DNA of 28,644 nucleotides from a virus (Duplodnaviria; Heunggongvirae; Uroviricota; Caudoviricetes): IMG/VR virus record IMGVR_UViG_2711768060_000004, positions 1 to 28,644 of that record; one strand, 5' to 3'. Shown piece by piece: positions 24,402 to 28,644 of this stretch (position 1 is its first letter; each line of letters starts with the position of its first letter). The notes under the pieces were generated by a model. It saw only the letters and a program-made list of their open reading frames with translations, ran no database searches and was not told where the DNA came from. The position numbers and the translations under genes were made by a program.

Positions 24402-24669
24402 GAATCAACCCTATTTTTTTGGATCTGATAACTTCTTCTGGAATCCCACTAACTGGAGTAGGGTGCAAATCAGGCCGGAGATCATGCGGAGTAACAATCC
24501 ATCCCCCAAGCTCACAAAGCCTAATAACCCTCTCACTAGGAACCCTGTTCCTAATAATCCAATTAAAAATGGATTGAGGCGATTTGAAACCAAACATGCG
24601 ACTTACAGCAGAAGGAGAACCAATAGCCATAACCGCCTTTTCTGTAATGTTTTTGTATGTAGTGCTCAT
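24385..24669 (-). CDS. ydaS: Cro-like HTH regulator (YdaS family)
   Basis: Track ORF 24385..24681; probable ATG at 24669 (GGAG Shine-Dalgarno). AIGSPSAVSRMFGFKSPQSIFNWIIRNRVPSERVIRLCELGG...DLRPD parallels YdaS (GGQSAMARLLGVSPPSVNQWIKG.RQLPAERC...ELRPD); divergent from the repressor. Confidence 0.6.
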   Translation of the reverse strand: MSTTYKNITEKAVMAIGSPSAVSRMFGFKSPQSIFNWIIRNRVPSERVIRLCELGGWIVTPHDLRPDLHPTPVSGIPEEVIRSKKIGLIHENQA

Positions 24670-24694
24670 CGTTAGCTCCATTTCAAGAACGGGG

Positions 24695-24745
24695 AAATAA
24701 TACTACACAAAGTAGAATTTGCAACTACACAAAATAGAAATGACG
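24695..24745. promoter_or_regulatory. Immunity-region operators between divergent repressor and Cro-like genes
   Basis: Two related sites, tACTACACAAAGTAGaa (24701-24717) and aACTACACAAAATAGaa (24723-24739), each containing a CTAC(n5)GTAG-type inverted repeat, in the short AT-rich intergenic region. Confidence 0.5.
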
Positions 24746-25228
24746 AATCGAGGCAACTGCTTTAATCTTCTACATATGGTAGAAAACGCACATAAACATC
24801 ACGCATTCGCAACAAGACTTAAGTCAGAAATGGATAGAAAAAACAAATCCATCAAAGACTTAAGCTTATCTACGGGCGTCACATACGAAATGGCGCGGCG
24901 CTACACCCTAGGCACAGCTAAACCCCGCGACGAAAAACTCGAACGAATAGCAGAATTTCTGGGTGTTGAACCTGCATGGCTGGAATACGGTCAGCTAACA
25001 GAGAAAGGAATTGAACCGGCAGAAGATTCATTTGTAACTCAAAGATCTGGTGCCAATAGCAATGGCGAATTTACTGAGTTAAGTGAAGATGAAAAGCGAC
25101 TGATACGAACGTTTCGGGAGTTTCCGCCAGTTGAAGCCAAGAATATGCTTCTGGCTTTTGAGATGAGACTCAAGAAACTTTACGATTTCTACGAGAAATA
25201 CGCCAGCACCCCACCACCTTCTGAGTGA
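24740..25228 (+). CDS. Prophage repressor, DicA/RacR-like (XRE-family HTH, no S24 peptidase domain)
   Basis: Track ORF from TTG 24719; candidate ATG starts at 24740 or 24776, neither with a Shine-Dalgarno (a leaderless repressor mRNA is possible). HTH region KSIKDLSLSTGVTYEMARRYTLGTAKP; C-terminal helix (LSEDEKRLIRTFREFPPVEA) resembles the DicA C-terminus. Confidence 0.65.
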   Translation: MTNRGNCFNLLHMVENAHKHHAFATRLKSEMDRKNKSIKDLSLSTGVTYEMARRYTLGTAKPRDEKLERIAEFLGVEPAWLEYGQLTEKGIEPAEDSFVTQRSGANSNGEFTELSEDEKRLIRTFREFPPVEAKNMLLAFEMRLKKLYDFYEKYASTPPPSE

Positions 25229-25242
25229 CTTTATCTGTTAAC

Positions 25243-25271
25243 AACACCCCGGCATTGCCGGGTTTTTTTTT
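25243..25271 (+). terminator. Intrinsic terminator after the repressor gene
   Basis: CCCCGGCAttgCCGGG hairpin followed by TTTTTTTTT. Confidence 0.7.
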
Positions 25272-25324
25272 GCCTTAAAAAACAACTTTATGTAGACAAA
25301 ACGCAATCAACTCTACTTATAGTG

Positions 25325-25352
25325 TTGACATATCTACTTCAAGTAGTATCAT
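25325..25352 (+). promoter_or_regulatory. dicB-operon promoter with overlapping operator palindrome
   Basis: TTGACA (25325-25330), 16-bp spacer, TATCAT (25347-25352). The spacer holds the perfect palindrome CTACTTcaAGTAG (25334-25346), sharing the CTAC...GTAG half-sites of the immunity-region operators. Confidence 0.6.
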
Positions 25353-25425
25353 TCAGTCATCAAAGCACAACGGTGCGACAGATCTTAGTTCCGCCACCCC
25401 GGCGTTAAGGGGAAATGAGGTCAAC

Positions 25426-25581
25426 ATGGATACTATCGATCTTGGCAACAACGAATCTCTGGTATACAGCGTGTTTCCCAACCAGGACGGCACATTCACC
25501 GCGATGACGTATACCAAAAGCAAAACGTTTAAAACCGAATCTGGCGCGCGTCGCTGGCTGGAAAGAAACTCAGGCGAGTGA
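25426..25581 (+). CDS. YdfA-like small protein (51 aa)
   Basis: GAGG Shine-Dalgarno; MDTIDLGNNESLVYSVFPNQDGTFTAMTYTKSKTFKTESGARRWLERNSGE, matching my recollection of Qin ydfA in size, position and sequence. Not in the ORF track. Confidence 0.5.
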   Translation: MDTIDLGNNESLVYSVFPNQDGTFTAMTYTKSKTFKTESGARRWLERNSGE

Positions 25582-25582
25582 T

Positions 25583-25711
25583 ATGGATTTCGACGCAATC
25601 ATGGAAAAGGCTTACGAAGAATACTTCGAAGGCCTTGCCGAAGGCGAAGAAGCTCTCAGCTTCAGTGAGTTTAAACAGGCGCTTTCCAGCTCGGCAAAAT
25701 CTAACGGCTGA
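25583..25711 (+). CDS. YdfB-like small acidic protein (42 aa)
   Basis: ATG 1 nt after the ydfA-like stop: MDFDAIMEKAYEEYFEGLAEGEEALSFSEFKQALSSSAKSNG. Not in the ORF track. Confidence 0.45.
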   Translation: MDFDAIMEKAYEEYFEGLAEGEEALSFSEFKQALSSSAKSNG

Positions 25712-25740
25712 TAAGCGAAGCAGCACCACGAGGAATCAGT

Positions 25741-25959
25741 ATGCAGAAACGAGAACCCGTCATCATCGCGCCAGACTATACCGATGATGAACTTTATGAG
25801 TGGATGCGCCAGAAAATTAATGCAGCGCAGGATCTGAAATGGGCCAATGAAGCCAGGGCTAAGCAGGCTGAAAATCTGTCCGCTCTGGAGCAGGATATCA
25901 CCAGGCTGGAAAAAGCAGCGGCATTAAGCATTGCCAGAATGATTACATGCCCGCGTTAA
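25741..25959 (+). CDS. YdfC-like protein (72 aa)
   Basis: Track ORF; size and position match Qin ydfC in the dicB operon. Confidence 0.5.
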   Translation: MQKREPVIIAPDYTDDELYEWMRQKINAAQDLKWANEARAKQAENLSALEQDITRLEKAAALSIARMITCPR

Positions 25960-26291
25960 TAGCTAACCAACGAGGCTAAGGTTGGTAATTAAGGAGTTCT
26001 CCACGGGTCAGGTGGAGTGCGTGCGCCGGACACGGGTGAACATCCGGCACTGACAGTTTACTGAAAGGATATTTCCCTGAAAAGTCAGAGCATAACGCGA
26101 AAGCGCACGGCGAGGTAGCTGGTTCATAGATAGCCTGTCGTTAAATTTTCGTCGACCGTGCGCTTCCGGTTGTGGCACTCCGCGAAATGGCGCGGCGGTA
26201 AGTATGGCGGGGTTATTCCTTCCCCGTTGAGGACACCGGGTTGTCAGGTTGACCATACGCTTAAGTGACAACCCCGCTGCAACAACCCATG

Positions 26292-26350
26292 TTGATTACC
26301 TTTTGGCGGGTATCCGTTTTTTGTTTTCCCTTGTGATCCCCGCCCTTTTT
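26292..26350 (+). ncRNA. dicF: DicF-like small RNA
   Basis: TTGATTACCTTTTGGCGGGTATCCGTTTTTTGTTTTCCCTTGTGATCCCCGCCC followed by TTTTT aligns with my recollection of K-12 DicF (TTTCTGGTGACGTTTGGCGGTATCAGTTTTACTCCGTGACTGCTCTGCCGCCC): shared TTTGGCGG(G)TATC, GTTTT, GTGA and the GCCGCCC-Tn 3' end; sits about 185 nt upstream of dicB as in Qin. Confidence 0.5.
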
Positions 26351-26533
26351 AAAGTGAATTTTGTGATGCGGTGAATGCGGCTCAGCGCACGCGGAACAGT
26401 TAAAAAGGCCAGTTGACTTCCGTATTGGTTCTTATGGGTGGGTTCTCTGTATCCGGCGTTAATTGTTAACTGGTTAACGTCACCTGGAGGCACCAGGCAC
26501 CGTATCACAAAATTCATTGTTGAGGACGCGATA

Positions 26534-26722
26534 ATGGAAACGTTATTACCAAACGTTAATACGTCTGAAGGTTGTTTTGAAATTGGTGTCAAAATCAGTA
26601 ACCCTGCATTTACTGAAGATGCCATTAATAAGAGAAAACACGAACGGGAGCTATTAAATAAAATATGCATTCTTTCAATGCTGGCACGTTTACGCCCGAT
26701 GCAAAAAGGACGCTGGCAATGA
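26534..26722 (+). CDS. dicB: Cell division inhibitor DicB
   Basis: Track ORF 26438..26722 trimmed to the ATG at 26534: METLLPNVNTSEGCFEIGVKISNPAFTEDAINKRKHERELLNKICILSMLARLRPMQKGRWQ, near-identical in pattern to the 62-aa E. coli DicB. Confidence 0.8.
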   Translation: METLLPNVNTSEGCFEIGVKISNPAFTEDAINKRKHERELLNKICILSMLARLRPMQKGRWQ

Positions 26723-26922
26723 ATACAGCATTTGCACTCGTTCTGACAGTTTTTCTTAATACTGGCGAGCCTGTTGATCTGGTTATTGACATTTACGGTT
26801 CAATGAAAGAATGCACGGCTGCCGCAGCGGAACAGAAAATTCCCGGCAACTGTTATCCGGTTGATAAAGTTATTCACATGGACAATAACGAAATCCCGGC
26901 AGGACTTAAAACAGCACCGTAA
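26719..26922 (+). CDS. ydfD: YdfD-like protein (lysis-inducing small membrane protein family)
   Basis: Track ORF 26665..26922 trimmed to the ATG at 26719, overlapping the dicB stop (ATGA): MNTAFALVLTVFLNTGEPVDLVIDIYGSMKECTAAAAEQKIPGNCYPVDKVIHMDNNEIPAGL. Confidence 0.6.
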   Translation: MNTAFALVLTVFLNTGEPVDLVIDIYGSMKECTAAAAEQKIPGNCYPVDKVIHMDNNEIPAGLKTAP

Positions 26923-27002
26923 TTAATATCCGGTTTCATTTTTATATGCCAGCAATGGCAGGGATTTGTTCACCCTTAAATCTGTAATGAGGTTAAAACA
27001 AA

Positions 27003-28644
27003 ATGAGTAAAGCCTTTATTTGCGCCGCCATTCCGGACGAACAGGCAATTAAGGAAGAAGGTGCAGTTGCTGTAGCCACTGCCATCGAAGCCGGTGACGA
27101 ACGCCGCGCCCGTGCCAAATTTATCTGGCAATTCCTGGAGCAATATCCGGCTGCTCAGGACTGCGCTTATAAATTTCTTGTCTGCGAGGATAAACCCGGC
27201 ATGCCCCGCCCTGCCATCGACTCCTGGGATACCGAATATATGCAGGAAAACCGCTGGGATGAGGAATCCGCTTCCTTTGTTCCGGTCGAACCAGAATCCG
27301 ATCCGATGAACGTCAATTTTGACAAGCTGTCCCTTGAAGTACAGAACGCGGTCCTGGTTAAGTTCGGTACATGTGAAAACATCACCGTTGATATGGCGAT
27401 TGACGCTCAGGAATTACTGCAGGAAGACGTTGCTACCTTTGACGGGCATATCGTTGAAGCACTGATGAAAACGCCTGAAATTAACGCTATGTATCCGGAA
27501 CGCAAACTGTTCGCTATCGGATGGGTTAAACACAAATGTAATCCGGGTGCCAAATGGCCCGAAATTCAGGCTGAATTACGTAACTGGAAAAAACGGCAGG
27601 ACGCAGAGCGCAAAGAGACTGGAAAATATACTTCTGTTGTTGATCTCGCCCGCGCCAGAGTCAACCGACAGCACACTGAAAACTCAGCAGCAAAAATCAA
27701 CCCTGTCACTGTTGCCATTCGTCGCGAATACAAGCAGACATGGAAAACACTGGATGAAGAACTGGCCTACGCTCTCTGGCCTGGTGATATTGATGCCGGA
27801 AACATTGACGGCAGCATCCATCGCTGGGCAAAAAATGAAGTTATCGACAAAGATCGCGAAGACTGGAAGCGGATTTCCGCATCAATGCGCAAACAACCTG
27901 ATGCCGTTCGCTACGACCGTCAGACTATTTTTGGCCTTGTCCGTGAACGTCCCATCGACATTCACAAAGATCCTGTGGCGCTGAACAAATACATCACCGA
28001 ATACCTGACTACAAAGGGCGTGTTTGAAGATGAAGGAACAAATCAGAGCACAACTAATACTCTCCCGTCGCCAGTACCAGAAGCTGATGCAGTAGAAACG
28101 GCAATTCCGGACAACGAAAAAACCGAATGCAAAGTGGAAGACGAACCATCTGTAGAGCGTGAGGGGCCGTTCTACTTCCTTTTCACCGATAAGGATGGCG
28201 AAAAATATGGTCGTGCAAACAAACTTTCTGGTCTGAATAAGGCGCTGGCTGCAGGGGCTACTGAAATCACGAAAGAAGAATATTTTGCCCGCAAAAACGG
28301 CACATACTCAGGTTCACAACAAAATACTGGTGCATCTGACACGATCGCACAACCAGAGCCGGTAAAAGTTACCGCTGAAGAAGTAAACAAAATTATGCAG
28401 GCAGCCAATATCAGCCAGCCTGACACCGATGAACTGCTTGCAGTATCACGTGGTGAATTTGTTGCAGGGATTAGCGATCCGAATGATCCGAAATGGGTAA
28501 AGGGGATTGAAACCCGCGATTCTGTGAACCAGAACCAGCAAGAAACGGAACAGAACGACCAGAAAGCGGAACAAAACAGCCCAAATACGCAACAAAACGA
28601 GCCAGAAACGAAACAACCTGAACCAGTAGTGCAACAGGAACCGG
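27003..28644 (+). CDS. Long ORF continuing past the window end; RecE (exonuclease VIII)-like N-terminal region / YdfE-like
   Basis: Open frame from ATG 27003 (GAGG Shine-Dalgarno) with no stop to 28644 (at least 547 aa): MSKAFICAAIPDEQAIKEEG...LLAVSRGEFVAGISDPNDPKWVKGIETRD...QNQQETEQNDQKAEQN. Absent from the ORF track because it has no stop. The GISDPNDPKWVKG segment and position (after dicB/ydfD, where Rac carries recE) suggest RecE-like. Confidence 0.45.
   Translation, partial: MSKAFICAAIPDEQAIKEEGAVAVATAIEAGDERRARAKFIWQFLEQYPAAQDCAYKFLVCEDKPGMPRPAIDSWDTEYMQENRWDEESASFVPVEPESDPMNVNFDKLSLEVQNAVLVKFGTCENITVDMAIDAQELLQEDVATFDGHIVEALMKTPEINAMYPERKLFAIGWVKHKCNPGAKWPEIQAELRNWKKRQDAERKETGKYTSVVDLARARVNRQHTENSAAKINPVTVAIRREYKQTWKTLDEELAYALWPGDIDAGNIDGSIHRWAKNEVIDKDREDWKRISASMRKQPDAVRYDRQTIFGLVRERPIDIHKDPVALNKYITEYLTTKGVFEDEGTNQSTTNTLPSPVPEADAVETAIPDNEKTECKVEDEPSVEREGPFYFLFTDKDGEKYGRANKLSGLNKALAAGATEITKEEYFARKNGTYSGSQQNTGASDTIAQPEPVKVTAEEVNKIMQAANISQPDTDELLAVSRGEFVAGISDPNDPKWVKGIETRDSVNQNQQETEQNDQKAEQNSPNTQQNEPETKQPEPVVQQEP

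Noticed and set aside
26008-26670. Minus-strand ORFs 26008..26271 and 26296..26670
   Set aside because: Antisense to the dicB operon, the DicF-like RNA and its structured spacer; Arg-rich low-complexity translations without start signals.
27094-27984. Plus-strand ORFs 27094..27309 and 27547..27984
   Set aside because: Both are out-of-frame segments inside the long continuous ORF that starts at 27003; the long frame has the Shine-Dalgarno and the recognisable motif.

Overview
The whole window reads as one mosaic lambdoid prophage, resembling the E. coli Qin/Rac family, transcribed almost entirely on the minus strand. From high to low coordinates: a divergent immunity region (DicA/RacR-like repressor on plus, YdaS/Cro-like and YdaT-like on minus), replication genes (iteron-bearing O-analog, lambda P-like), small early genes, a hok/mok/sok type I toxin-antitoxin locus, a nin-like region (DUF968/HNH-like, RusA), a Q-like antiterminator with a tR'-like terminator, a DNA methyltransferase, tRNA-Thr and tRNA-Gly, a terminator-flanked single-gene moron, a TerB-like gene, a lysis cassette, further small moron genes, a cos region, a lambda-like packaging/head module (Nu1, A, W, B, C/Nu3, D, E, FI, FII) and then a P2/Mu-type baseplate module (V, W/gp25, J). 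On the plus strand right of the repressor lies a dicB-type operon (ydfA/B/C-like, DicF-like sRNA, dicB, ydfD-like) followed by a long RecE-like ORF that runs off the window end and is absent from the ORF track. All homology calls rest on reading the translations against remembered lambda, P2 and E. coli K-12 prophage proteins; no search was run. Hand-derived coordinates may be off by 1-2 nt. The most likely places for an undescribed function are the moron units: the 194-aa membrane-anchored protein, the TerB-like gene with its coupled 50-aa membrane peptide, and the membrane-peptide/lipoprotein pair between lysis and cos.
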